Below the pieces are notes generated by a model that was not told where the DNA came from, ran no database searches, and saw only the letters and a program-made list of their open reading frames with translations. Below are positions 12,901-25,661 of a stretch of 64,000 nt of DNA, one piece after another (the first letter of the stretch is position 1; each line of letters opens with the position of its first letter). Both the position numbers and the translations under genes were made by a program. This DNA comes from Takakia lepidozioides (taxonomy: Eukaryota > Plantae > Bryophyta), in the NCBI GenBank assembly GCA_030704615.1, contig CM060733.1, positions 8,494,001 through 8,558,000 of the forward strand. Reading direction: 5' to 3'.

Positions 12901-15900
12901 CTTGGGCTTGAGTGCGGGTCTCCTGGACTTTCTTTGAGCTGACTCCGTGACTTTCAGGATATTCTGCGAAGAGGGGGCCCCCACCGAATGTGCGCTCACT
13001 GTTGGAGTTTTTGGCTGTATCTTATCAGACCAGGTGAGATTGCCTATTTTCTCTTGGGGCTGATGCTTGTGTAGGTGCTATCCTCCCTGACATGTGAGGT
13101 GATGTCTGTATTGTTGAGGCAATGAAGTCTTTTTTGAGTTCTCCTTCTCCTCTTCTCCCATCTTATTCATGTTCACTTCAGGGCCTGAATGCAAGTGCTT
13201 GACCATTTGGAAGCCACATCAAGACTAAGCAGCCTCGTTTTTGTATTACAGGAATGTGCATCAGAGGTTTACAACATCTGATACTGAGAACCTATTAGTT
13301 ACGATGGCTCAGCTATTGCTGGAGAGATGTCTTTTAAGTATCATGAGACTTGTCCAAGAGTGTCTAATCACACTTGTGGAATACTTCAGTGAAGAGGAGT
13401 GGGCTTCCAGTTGCAACCATGTCAGCATTCTTATATCAAGGTGTGGCATGACTCTCTTTTCTCACCTGAAAACTTTCTTTCTTTTTCTCCCTGGGTCTAC
13501 TGTGGTCATTATAAATTTGTTTCTTTCTTCGTTTAGGCCCTTGGAGCCTCCTGACACATGATAATTTCTTTCTTCTTTTATTGCCCTCTATATTATGAGA
13601 TCCGTGGGAGATTCCACTGTCTATTTGGTGGAACTCAATCTCTCACTGAAGTCTTCCACTATGAGGATCAGAAATCCTCGGCAGCTTACCTGCACGAGGC
13701 CTTGACCCTCAGACAATGAGCAGTAGTTGCTTTTGGGCTGTTTTTTGGCTCTGGTTTTGTTTCCTCTCTCTTGTTTTTTCCATTTTGTCCCATAAGCTCT
13801 TTGAGCTTTCTGCGGACGTTATAAAGTACCATTTCATTTCATTTCTTTCTTTCTTTCTTTCTTTCCTTTCTCTCTCTCGCCTACCTTTGGGATGCACATA
13901 TCCGGAAAGTTGTTCAAACTGGCAAGGCAAAGCTCTGGGGCTCACTAAATTTTTCCACTGCAGAGGGGTCAACTCTGAGGTTAAGAAAACCATGCTTTGT
14001 CGCGTTATTAGACCTGCCTTGGAGTACGGATCTGCAATATGGGTTGATAACTCCGACCAGGCTAAGTCTCTCCAAGTGGGGGCGCTTAAGGAGTGTATGT
14101 CAGCATGCTCCAAAACAGCCAATGTGGCTGTTCGGGGGTGAGTTTGGCATTCCGTCCTTAAGCTCTCGACGAGATGAATTCAAGGTCAGATGGTGGGGTC
14201 AGCTGCAACATATGTCCAACACCAGATATCCTAAGTTAATCGACTCTATATCTTGGAAACAGGACCGCCCTGTCAAACAGGCTAAGTCCTGGCAGAAGAG
14301 AGTAGAAGAGATTCTCAAGGACCTGGATCTGGATCTGCAAGTCTTGACCCTGCTGGATAAATCTGATTTAGAGGCTGTAGTGTCCAAAGCCATGTCTGTT
14401 GCCATGAAATTGTCTGATGAAAATGAAGTTAGGCAGAAAACTTCCCTGAACTTGTTTCCAGTCTGTGACATGGGGGAGGACATCTTGGATGACCTCAAGG
14501 GTCTACCCACTCTGGCACTAGACTGAAATTTAAACTCAGGGCAGGAAGCCTACCTTTGAACAGCAAACAGAAGCAGAGAGGAAAGGGAGAGTGCAATTGC
14601 CCGTTGTGTGGGCAACCTGAAGACAGTATTTCATTTTCTGATACACTGTCCGGGGTTCTCTCACCAAAGAGACGCTCTCTTCAAATCTATCAAGGGAATT
14701 GTGCCTGTACCTCTGTTTACCAACTTTGAAAGTCTCGAGGCTGAGCCAAAAGCCCAGGCCCTTCTGAGGCCTAGTTTTTGGGCAAATCACTCACAGCAGA
14801 TTGATGCTTGTGTGAAGGAATTTCTAGAGGATATCTGGAAAACCCGGATCAATTCTATGTATCAAGGTAAGTCTTACTACCCACGTCAGCCCCTGACAGA
14901 GGTAGGTTCTGTCCCTTTGGTTTCCGCTCAAACTGGGCGCGGGGTCAATGGCCACAAGGCTACGGCAAACAACGTCTTATGAGTACATTCTCTCTCTCGC
15001 CTACCTTTGAACAGCAAACAGGAGCAGAGAAGAAAGGGAGAGTGCAATTGCCCGTTGTGTGGGCAACCTGAAGACAATATTCATTTTCTGATTCATTGTC
15101 CGGGGTTCTCTCACCAGAGAGACGTTCTCTTCAAATCTATCAAGGAATTGTGCCTGTACCTCTGTTTACCAACTTTGAAAGTCCCGAGGCTGAGCCAAAA
15201 GCCCAGGCCCTTTTGGGGCCTAGTTATTTGGCAAAGCACACACAGCAGGTTGATGCTTGTGTAGAGGGATTTCTAGAGGATATCTGGAAAACCTGGATCA
15301 ATTGTTTATTCCAAGGTAAGTCTTACTACCAGCGTCAGCCCCTGACAAAGGTAGGTTCTGTCCCTTTGTGTTCCGCTCAAACTGGGCGCAGGGTCAATGG
15401 CCACAAGGCTACGGCAAACAACGTCTTATGAGTACATTCTCTCTCTCTCTGGGCCTTGCACAGTCATAATGTGTTTCCTTTTTCTGGGCCCTTATGGCCT
15501 TTTGTGGACAATATAAGGTTTTATTTCTTTGTAACAACTTTCTGTTCATGTTAGATAGAGCACCTCTTTCTTCCTCTTCCCTAAGGTATTCAAGTACATG
15601 TAACTGGCTGTCATAGACTGTATGAGTGCAGACTTTGGTCTGTAGAAACCCAACAATGGGCTCTAGAGGGTTGATATCTATCCGGTAGTTTGCCCGTGAG
15701 GTGACAAAACAGCCAATGTTTGCAGGGAACAGTCAACGACATTCCCTCTTAGGACTGTTATTTACTTTCAGTTTCTTGTTTTCCATTGTTCTCATAGGCT
15801 TGCTTCTTGCGGACAGCAACAAGTTCCGTTACTAGTTTCTTTTGAAGACCTGAAGTGCCTTGTCGCTGACCTGCTGGAGGCACTGGTCTTTGGCCACTCG

Positions 15901-18342
15901 ATGAATTCGTCTTTGTTTGTTCTACCCAGTCCCCTGAGTCCTTGTGGCCCTCTGGACAGTGTAAACTTCCTTTCTTTCTCTCTTAACCACGCTAAATGTC
16001 TTATGATTACATTCTCTCAGAGGCCTCCTGCTAAACTGCTTAGCTCTTCACCTCGATGAGGTCTCTTAGGGATCTTCAGGAATTTTGGGGACAATGTGTC
16101 TCATAGGCTCCTGAGTCTATAATATATTCCAATCTTCTACTGTCCCATAAGCTCTCTGGGCTCACCATGGACGTTCTGAAGTTATTTTGCCTCACAATTT
16201 TCTTGACAAGATTGCGATCTCGACCACCCCAGTGCTTACCAGTACATGCCCTCACTACTTCTACGAGACTCAAAGCAGCTGGATCAAGGATTTGCCAGTA
16301 TGCCTGCATTCCAAGATCTTTGAACAATGCGGCCTCTCTGCAGCATCCCTACTGCCTGAAAATCCAGGACGTCTGAAATCTTTTCCAGGCACGACAGGAA
16401 GAGACTCATCAGGCAAGAGCTTTTTAAGGAACTCCATCCCAAGCAGACCTGGAAACAGTGATAGCCCCCACAACGAAGAAGCAGTTTCATCGAGACACTT
16501 TCCTCATTCTCCATCTTACAGTTCAATTCGTTATTTCTGCCTTTCTCCCTCCTCATTGGGACGATGGAGTGTGGGCCCACACGGTGTGAGAATCAAAATA
16601 GGCAGATGGTATAGGCTGCACATTGTCCTGCTTTCGCTAGGCAAGACAGGCTAGAGAGAGATACTGCAGAACATTTGTTCTATTATTGTCTTCTCTATCG
16701 CGAAATCTGGGGCCACTACATTCGCCTGTTTTAAAGACAGCCTGAAGAGGTGGTCCTTTACAAAGATCAGAGATGTGGTGCTGCCCATCTACATTCGGCT
16801 GTCCATCTTGGAGAATTTCTGAGTTGAATTGTAGTTTTCTGGTTGTGATTGCTAGTTATGTGGGGCCCCATTTTTATCTTTGGTTGTTTTATACCAATCA
16901 GCTCTTTGAGCTTCCCATGGATGTCATAATGTCTCTTGCTTTCTTGCTTTCTTCTCTCCTCTCTCCATCCCTCCCACCTACAATTTGCAAGTCTCCCTTA
17001 GTTGTCCGTTCTTTAAGGGACTCCCAAAGCTGGCTCGTGTGCCAAGGTGGTTTCAGGTTGACAGTCGAAAGACACAATGGGTTGCGGCTGGTCCGAGGCT
17101 TGCATGGCACTAGCAGTCGAATGGATTCTTTGCAGAGGAGTGTTGCTTTGTGTGAGCTGTCCAAGTGCCTCATCCATGGGGTAAAGTCTCGTCTGACCTG
17201 TACGATGTGGAATTAGAAGTTGTTGCGTCTGACTTGGGGCTATGAAGGCTTGGACAGACCCCATATATGGAACCTTTCGTGTACGTTATGAGTCTAGTAG
17301 CTCAGGTGAACAATTGGGCGCCTCCAATCAATAGGCAGAACCCTAAAGTGGTGGAGTTATATCCTTTTCTGACAATACTGACAATTGCCAGTTGACTTAT
17401 GCATTTAGTGTGTGACAACCTTTCTTCTCTCCGCCTGTACTATTGCTCTACATGTTTGGAGAAGACCAGAAGCTTCAAACTCAGATTTCACATTCCATCC
17501 ATTTTGTACAAGCAAAGTTGTCCATGCTCTATAACTGCCTGAATACCCTTAATATTCAACCTAAGAGAAGGATAAGCTCAACTTCCAGCTGGCAGGAGCT
17601 TACATATAACTCTTTTCTCTGGTTACAGGTAAGTCTTGTCAGTGCAAAAGATGTGGTAGCCAGCTTTGACTCAGTCAATGTGAAGGATAAAGCAATGGAC
17701 TATGTGGATCTCTACCACCGGCTAATGTTTGCAGATTTCTGGCTATGGTGTAACCCTGCCTTCCAAACTGACAAAGGCTCTTTGTACCGATGGCTCTACT
17801 TTCTTAAGAGCTGCTCCCTCCAGATCTTTGGTGGTGATGAGAGACCATTTGCAACCAAGGTTTGATATCCTACCTGCTTGAGAACTGCCCTTACTTAAAA
17901 AGGATGGACCTCCCAGTTGTGTAGTTCATCAGTCTCTGTCATCTCTCTATGCCAGACTGCTGACAAGGTATTCTGCAAACCCTGAAGAAATACCATCTAT
18001 GGTATGTTGGTTATTGCTTACTGCTTGAGAATCTACTTGCAGCACTGGCTTCTCAAGCAGCGACTTGATCTTGGGCATTGAAATAGACAGGCGCGTGCGT
18101 CAATTTCCTACCCACACTGCATGCTCTCCTAGTAGCCTCCAATTTTTGGTTTCACCAATATCTACCCCTACATTTTCATATTGTTGAAGCTTTACAAAAA
18201 AGCTCGTGCTTCATTGGTAGTTTTTCCTGTATGCTTGCTGCAGGTGCGCAATCGGGCGTCTTTTCTCTGGCAAAAGTACGAGCATGAGGGTGACCACAAG
18301 CAGCTACTTCCAGACACAGAAACAGATGACCTAAGTCCTTAA
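6908..18342 (+). CDS. ASAP1: ASAP1-like (At2g28130 family) SMC5/6-associated subunit, 12 exons
   Basis: Exons 6908-6987, 7970-8171, 8577-8642, 9180-9258, 9862-9969, 10273-10349, 12042-12177, 12958-13033, 13252-13440, 17057-17180, 17629-17859, 18244-18342 join in frame with GT-AG. Motifs KRKLINLDD, WGQTAFG, GPPPNVR, QECLI..FSEEEW..SC, FLKSCSLQI..DERPFATKVRNRASFL match the family as recalled. Confidence 0.85.
8369..8530 (+). mobile_element. Diverged copy of short (CATTT)n-tailed retroposon
   Basis: 3' end cccataagctctttgagctttccatggacggaataaagtgtcatttcatttc matches 13789-13845. Confidence 0.7.
10738..10911 (-). mobile_element. Short retroposon (SINE-like), 5' GCTTACCTGCAC, (CATTT)n tail
   Basis: Close reverse-complement match to 13684-13845. 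Confidence 0.8.
10966..11970 (-). mobile_element. 5'-truncated RTE-X-like LINE, 10-bp TSD
   Basis: ORF 10972-11739 with [17 protein letters not shown] finger; TSD CGAGAAAAGA at 10956-10965 and 11971-11980. Confidence 0.9.
13684..13845 (+). mobile_element. Short retroposon (SINE-like), 5' GCTTACCTGCAC, (CATTT)n/(CTTT)n tail
   Basis: Copy of 10738-10911; its tail hosts the LINE insertions that follow. Confidence 0.8.
13890..14987 (+). mobile_element. 5'-truncated RTE-X-like LINE, about 22-bp TSD
   Basis: Frameshifted RT-thumb/zinc-finger ORFs; TSD TTCTCTCTCTCGCCTACCTTTG at 13868-13889 and 14988-15009. Confidence 0.9.
14999..15436 (+). mobile_element. Older 5'-truncated RTE-X-like LINE 3' end
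   Basis: More diverged copy ending GAGTACA+(TC)n. Confidence 0.9.
16060..16940 (+). mobile_element. Degenerate L1-like LINE 3' remnant
   Basis: HCPAF..ERDTAEHLFYYC..REIW (zf-RVT-like) at 16621-16710; ends gctctttgagcttcccatggatgtcataat, like the short retroposon 3' end. Confidence 0.55.
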
Positions 18343-19368
18343 TTTCCACTTATCCACACAACTCCCTCGGGCTCTGCCTTGGAGGTGCTCAGTCTGCCTG
18401 ACCTGTCCCCTACCAGTAAGTGGCAGAGTGTGTCCTGTGTGGAGTTTCAGCAGGCTGTAATATTACCCTCGAACAAAGGAGTGCACTGGAAGGGTGTACA
18501 CTTAGCTGTTAATCAGTTGACAGCGAATTCATCGCACTCAAAGGATAAACCATCTTCAAATATTTTTGCTCATCAGTGCAACAGCTCTTGATGTAAATTC
18601 CCTATGTCTGGAAGGTTCCGCTCATCCACGAAACCTGGGCCACTCTACTGAAAATGTCAGGCCTTCAGAAGTGGGACTGAAAGACAACCACCCTCTAAAT
18701 TGCTTTGCCTCCCATATTCTCTGGTTATCTTCATGGTGGGATTAGAAACAATTCCGCGACTGTGTCAAGGTTGTAGGGATAACACTGGTCTGAACAATTC
18801 GTTGGCAGTCATGTTTGATTTAGGAGGTTTCTTTTGTCACCCTTGCATGCACTTTCATTTGGAGATTTCAGTAAACTGGTACATCAGTTATAGTCAACTG
18901 GATGGATTCATGAAACGGTTATTGAAGGATGGGGCCATTTTGCTCTAGCGATTGTTGTCTTGTTGACTTAAGTACCGAAGTTGTAAGAGACTGAAGTATG
19001 AACCTACAGCTTTGTTCAGTGTCCAACTTGTACTTCCTCTTTGTAATGTCCTGATGTCTTTTTGCTTCCCGCTCTATCGTCCAAGAACCTCACTACCAGG
19101 CCCCTGCTCACTTGGCTTTCTGCAGTCTTCAAGCACCTGTGTAGGTTTAAAGAGGGGCCATGGGCATGATGCTGTCACCATTTTGAAGAGCCACCAGGCT
19201 TCCTTGAGAGCCCAAGTTTACTAAATTTAAATTTGACTTCAGATGGACAGTCCACATCAATTACAAGGACTCCTCTAAAGTAGTATGGTTCAAAAGAACT
19301 CTGATGGCAATGTGGCAGTCACCACACACGCGAAGTCTTCTTCATACACATACATGAAAAAGATACTA

Positions 19369-19830
19369 CCCCACTCCATACTTGAGGGTAGCAATAATTA
19401 ATTGGGGAATGGCCTGATTTGTGAGCAGTTGCTCCCAGGTTTCCTTTAGAAATTTTTAAGAAAAAAGAAAAAAAGAAAAAAAAGGGGAATGGGCAAAAAT
19501 GAATACCAGCCCTGGTCCAAGGTCTTTCAGGTCTGTAGCCCTTCTGAAGCTTGCGCATGATGGGGGAAGGAAGTAGTCCAAAAAATTATATGTTGGGCAT
19601 GGATGCGATGTGGAGTGTATAGGCTTTCAGAAGAACCATTGAGGCAAAGGGCTATTGCGAAGCCGAGCCGTGTACAGAAACGTGGTAAAGTGCAATGGCG
19701 AATTGAGGGAAGGAGCGAAAAACAAACAAAGCAAAGAAGCAAATGAATAGGAAATGAGAAGGAAGCCAAAAAAGAAGCAAAGAAACCACATAAAGACGAA
19801 GAAGGCAATTCAAATAGGCCAACACTACTA
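19369..19830 (+). repeat. Dispersed repeat, inverted homologue of 25270-25565
   Basis: ccccactccatacttgagggtagcaataattaattggggaatgg vs reverse complement of 25520-25565; purine-rich 19715-19815 matches reverse complement of 25280-25385. Confidence 0.7.
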
Positions 19831-20977
19831 ATGGAAGTCAAGTGTTTGTACAAATAGAAAGGTTTCTTGCATATGTTGGAGGGTTACGTGCTATCTGCAA
19901 CTCGTCTAAAAGGTATACAATATACACTTCTAGTATCTAGAGGGGGTTGAACGTGAGCACAGTGTGAGCATTGCTCACATGAGCACGGAGTGAGCACAAC
20001 CCACGGTCATGGAGGATTTATGTTCTTAAACCACGGTCACAGGAGTTATATGTTTTCAAACCAGAATAAAACCATTGGCGGATATAGCGACACGGTGCAT
20101 TTATAGGGTTTATGTGCCTATTTTTGTCCCTAAACCCTAAATCCTAATACGAAATAGGCACCCATAATGTATATCTACAAGCTCCAAGCTCCACATATTT
20201 ACAACTTTGGTATCCTACAAAAGAATAACACATTAGGGAAAAACTACGTCACAATATCCAACACCATCCAAAACACTAAAATACCAAACAATAATTGAAC
20301 AATTTAATATAATGAGAGTTTTTGCCAGCGAAATAAATCAAGGTATCGGGTTTCGCCAGTGAAATTTCAAGGTACCGTTGCATAGGTCATCATCCAATGG
20401 TTTCGTGGGCGAAACAAAATGAATGGTGTTTGGTTTTGCATATAATGACGTGAGGTTGTTTTAATTCACTACCGAATTGTTACGTGCTTATTGCAGTAGG
20501 TCATTACCTACACTTTCGTGGGCGAAACAATATGAATTGTGTCTAGTTTCGCATATTAGTGATTACTACGAGCGTCAACATCACATGATTAAATATGCAA
20601 CGATTAATCAACGAAAATTGTTGATGGAGATGACAAGCGTGTTCTTGGTGCAATGTAATGATAAACGCTTGGGCATAGGGCCCAATGCCCCCCCAACTTC
20701 GCGAGGCTTGTACTCACATGAGCACAAGTTTCACGTTTTAGTTTGTTCAAGCATTTTTTTGAGAATATTCTTGGAATATGTGGCATATCCTCTTCTCCTT
20801 ATGCGAGTAGGCGTAGAGAGGCGTGAGCCTACTCATGTGTTACCCAACCTTGTATCTAGATGCTCAACAAATTTATGGAAAAACAGTTGATTAGAACACT
20901 GTATCGCCAAGTCATATAATTTATTGTAAAATATTTACGGGAAAAGGTCGGCATACTTCTGTTAGAATGGTGGGATA

Positions 20978-21311
20978 TTGTCTCAAGGATATTGCTGCAC
21001 TGGATCTCCAATTTGTGTATACTAATGCCACTATAGAAGACATGCAACAAGGACTTAGATGGATATATTAAGTATAAAGCTGGTGCAGCAAAAAATCGGA
21101 TTTTTTAATTTACACATCGAAACTTGTTGGATTGTACACAGATGTAGCAATGCATAGACAAAAGACAAATAGCATGTTTAAGACACATTCGGTTTTTTGC
21201 TACACTAGCTCCATACTTAATATACTCATCTAGTCCTTGTTTGCATGTCTTCTACGGTGAACATTAATATGCACAAACTTGAAATCATGTTTAGCGATAT
21301 CCTTGAGACAA
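20978..21311. mobile_element. Fold-back MITE, about 120-bp TIRs, TA flanks (Tc1/Mariner-like)
   Basis: TA|TTGTCTCAAGGATAT...ATATCCTTGAGACAA|TA; arms 20978-21100 and 21188-21311 are complementary. Confidence 0.85.
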
Positions 21312-21801
21312 TAGAGTTAAGACGAGGGGATGGAGGGTGAGTTAGGCCAGTTTGGCCAAAAGATAGGCTGAAGTGCAATAAATGTCAAAAGAGCATGCGA
21401 GCAAAATACAAGGAAAAAAAAAAAACCAAACTCAAAATAGCATAGAAATGAGCGTAAAATACGTTTCATCCTGTATTTGGTTTTTGACATTCCTCTCCCA
21501 GTACGTGGCATGGTGTGGAATGAAGTTGGCAAGGAGGGTTGAGTAGGCCCACGCTGACATGAGGCTACCACATGCGCACCTTGGCGTGGGCCCTGCTGCA
21601 AGCTCGGCGATCCCTAGTTCTTCTTTTGGTACTACATCTGCCCGACTTAATGGATATGCGCAAAGTGCCCACCAGAGGCATTGTGGGGATGTATCAGGGG
21701 GCGCGAGGGAGGGTGTCACCTTAACGAGTAACTTGAATATCCCACCATTCCCACAAAAGTATGCAAACCCTTTCTCCTAAGCATTTTACAATGAACTAAT
21801 G

Positions 21802-24800
21802 TAGTGGATAGTCGGTTAAGCAGAAATTAATTCGAAAAAAACGTTCCTAATCCAAGTAAATTATTTTTTACAAGAGTGCCTAATTTAAAAAACTTTAGAG
21901 TGCCTAATTTTCAAAAAATTCTCTAAAAGTGCCTAATGGTATAAAAACTTGAATTTAAATTATAAAAAATAAATTTAAAAGTAGACTAAAAATGATATTC
22001 AATTTTTTTCTACTTCATACTATTTGATGTTTATACTAGCTCCAGATAACCTCTATAGGTCCTTGCATTGACTCAACTATCTCATCATAATTAATCTGGT
22101 ACCCAAGCTCTCATTTGGACTTTGAACTATCATTGAGATTATGAAGTTCTTCGTCTACAATATGCAGATTTGCCAAACATCTACTCATGCTATCAACTAC
22201 ACTGAGATCAAGATAGATATCAGGGACATCTTCCATGACAAGAAGGGCTTGTTATGGACTTGTTCCACGATTGTTTCTGCTTTTTACATAAGGAATGGAT
22301 GGGATCACATTAAGCACGGTCCATCCTATGTTATGCCTTTGTTGCTCGGTGGGGGCTGCTCCAGAGCAACCTCCCATGTTGATTTGGCAGCTATGAAGGA
22401 ACCAGATACTTCGCTTTGCTGGCTAATTGTCTGCAGGATCGCATTGGCAGGGTTTGAGATTTGCAGCAGATTCTGATGGGCTACTCTCGCACATTGGGCA
22501 AGGACAGATGTACCAGGAAACTGTTCTTAGAATCCGAGTTTTTGAAATTCTCTCGGGTACCCAAACCCCAAGCCTCCTCCTGGAGGAGAGTTCTGTTGGG
22601 CATAACGAACACCCTTGATCTGGTTCTTACGCTTCCCTCTCAGCAGACTTAAAATTGACCTGGGGGAGTGGACTTGGATGGACGATAAGAAAACCTCTCT
22701 CCTCGGGAATATTGTGAAGACGGGGTACAAACTGCTGCTTAGTAATGAAAGCTTCTTATCCAAAATGGAATAGAAAATGGAACATTGATATGCAGCTCCA
22801 AGGCTAAAATAGAGTTTGAAGGACATTTGGCATCGTTCTGCAAAAAATAGTGCATTTATCTGGAAACTGGCCAACAGAATTCTGCCTATGGCTGTCATTT
22901 TCTAGGACCAGGATCCCTCCTGCATAGTCTGCAATTGTGGCATAAGTGAGACTAGGGCAGTTGCAGGGTTGAGTGGACCATAAACGGCAGATCCTGCTCC
23001 ATGAAAGTCCATGACCAAAACAAAAAAGTTGAGGATACTATCCCAAAATATATTTTTAGTGATAGATAATGGTATACTGAACATATTTAGTAAAGACTCC
23101 TACCCCAAATATTAAAGATATAATTCATTAAATATTTTAGTATATTATTTAGAGAAATTATGAAAAACTAAAAATTCGAGTTTACAAAAAACTTTCAGTA
23201 TGACACCTAGCCATTGAAGATTATAGGTTTTCATTTCTAGAAAAATAATGACACGAGCTATGGACTTTCCAAAAAAACGCCTATTTGTTTTACTTATATT
23301 AGTCCATAGGAGTCAAATGACAAATGATTTTGCCACTTCAAATCCATACCTATGATGTGGACCAAAATGGTCACCTTATGTCCAAATTTCAATGAAATTC
23401 ACCAATGGCACATAAGAGAACTTGAGTCCATTGTAATTCTATTCATTGCGGTAACAGTTTACAATGTCGGTGTTCAAAAGTCCATAGCGGAGTCATTCTT
23501 ATCGGATTCATGATTGGAGAGTTGCTATGGGTGCGTATTGAAGCTAGGAATCCAATGACATATATATTTGCTGGTTTTAATGAGTTAATTCAATTTCAAT
23601 TGATGACATCATCAATTGCAGTCATCTAAAATTGTGCTGGTAGCGTCCATTTTGGTCCAGTCAACCCTGCATTCACCCACCATTGAACATTGTTTGTTTG
23701 ACTGCCACCTTTCCTCTAGAACTTGGGATCTTGTGGTGGATTTCTATTCCAACTGGAAATCTCTCCCTCCCATTCGCTCCTCTTCTGCTGTTAATTTGCA
23801 TAATGGCTCCTCTTAGAGCAGCTGTCCGGTCTGGGCTTGCCTTAGGGCGCATGCTCTCTGGTCAATTTGGAAGGGTAGATGTGGTTTGCTTTTTGAGGGG
23901 AAGCGCCCCAGCATCAGATCGATCTTTATAAGTTGTTTTCGGATTTGACGACTGATGGGCGTAAGGCTTGGGGTTCCTTGCAAGCAGCTGCCAGCAGGTG
24001 CATCGAAAGAAGGAACCGGCAACTTTTCGCGGATTTCAACCTCACCTGGGCTAAGGGAGGCCTCCTCTGCTCCAGGATCTCTAACTCTCGAGTCACTTGG
24101 CATGACAACATCCCTTAGAACTAACAAGTCGCCAGCTGAATCTGACGCTCCCGACATCAATTGGAAGCACAACAAGTTGCACAACTCCAAATAAAAAATG
24201 AAGCTCAATTTTCGTTTATGAGAACTGGATTGTAGGTTGTTCTAAGTCAGTAGCTTAGAGCTGTTTTTTTTCTCCTGTCCTTACCTCTTCTGCTAGGCAA
24301 CACGTTCCTGTTGTCTCCTATTTTGGCTCCGTCCCATCTTCTTAGTCTTCTTTCTGGGCCTACCTGGCCCTCGTGGCTCCCCCTTTTTGCCTTTGATTGG
24401 CTCTTCCCTGCTTTATCCCCCTTTATTTTCTGCTAGTGCTGGGTGTTCGCCATGTGTTACGCTTTACGACCTTCTTGGATTCCTCCCTCTGTGCTACTTT
24501 GTCCTTCCTTAAACTTTTTTTGCCAAGGCTTCTGTCCCATGTTTTCTTTAAAAAGAAAAAAAAACGGGGGGAAGCTGTTGGGAGAGTGGGGGCCCGCAGG
24601 TGATACGCAGCGGCTGAGTTTTCATTTAAAATGTCATTCATGGACTCAGTTTTCAATTTTCATCCTTGGCAGCGGTTGTATTTTTGTATTTTCATTGTGT
24701 GATCATTATTTTTAGTTGCCTAATTTGAAAAAATTACACATCCAAGATGCCTAATTTGATTTTTTTTTTCCCAAAAGTGCCTAACTGCCAAATGGCCCCA

Positions 24801-24845
24801 AAAATGATTATTAGGCAGGCAATTGCCTAACCGGCTATCCCACTG
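21802..24845 (-). mobile_element. Degenerate hAT-like TIR transposon
   Basis: TIRs TAGTGGATAGTCGGTTAAGCA / TGCCTAACCGGCTATCCCACTG, subterminal TGCCTAA repeats at both ends, decayed minus-strand ORF pieces; no TSD recognisable. Confidence 0.55.
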
Positions 24846-25661
24846 CGGTACATGACTTGGCGGTGGGGTGTTCAAATCCAGCCATCCCATGTTTTCTTTC
24901 ACATGTCTTTTGACCATTTGGATTTTACAGTTGTATACTTAATAGACCATTTGCAGATACAAATATGACAATGTCACACTTTTCTCGAAAGTGCATAGCC
25001 CTCCAACACACATCTGATTCTAGCGGAATGGAGTGCCGTCCAGATGATTCTAGGTTCAGATCCTGCTACCTTGATGGGTGTGATATAATCTTCTTCCCCT
25101 TGGGCGGTGTCCCTTGAGCCTTGTGCTTGGCACCTCAAGGGGAGGTTACTATGAAAGAGGTTATTTTCTCCTCTCACGGGCCCGATTTGTGACTCAGCGG
25201 TCTCGCTCCCCCATATTGCCCTTTAAAAAAAAGAAAAAAGAAAAAACATTTGCTCCACCAGGCTACTCCAACAGTAACCTGAATTTACTTTCTCTGTCCT
25301 TTTGTTGTTTCTTTGCTTATTTTCTGGCTTACTTCTCCCTCTCCTATTTATTTGTTTCTTCCCTCTGATTTGTTTTTGCTTCTTCCCTGAGTTCATTGTC
25401 CTCAATGGACAACATTCAACTTTACCACTCCGTGTAGGTAGCTTCACAACAGCCCTTTGCGTCACATCCATGCCATCAAGTAATTTTCTGGTAATTCTCA
25501 AGTCATTCATTCATTTCTGCCCATTCCCCAATTAATTGTTGCTACCCACAAAGTATGTAGTGGGGACCTTACCTATGTACTCCAACTCATTTGCCCAGTT
25601 TGAGAAGGTCGGGCAACCTGACACTGTGGGAAGAGCGAATCAGTGGGGCCGCAGGAGGCGC

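Noticed and set aside
14933-14953. LINE 3' end CGGGGTCAATGG matches plant U1 snRNA
   Set aside because: Only 12 nt, lies within the coding GRGVNG, and no other U1 features.
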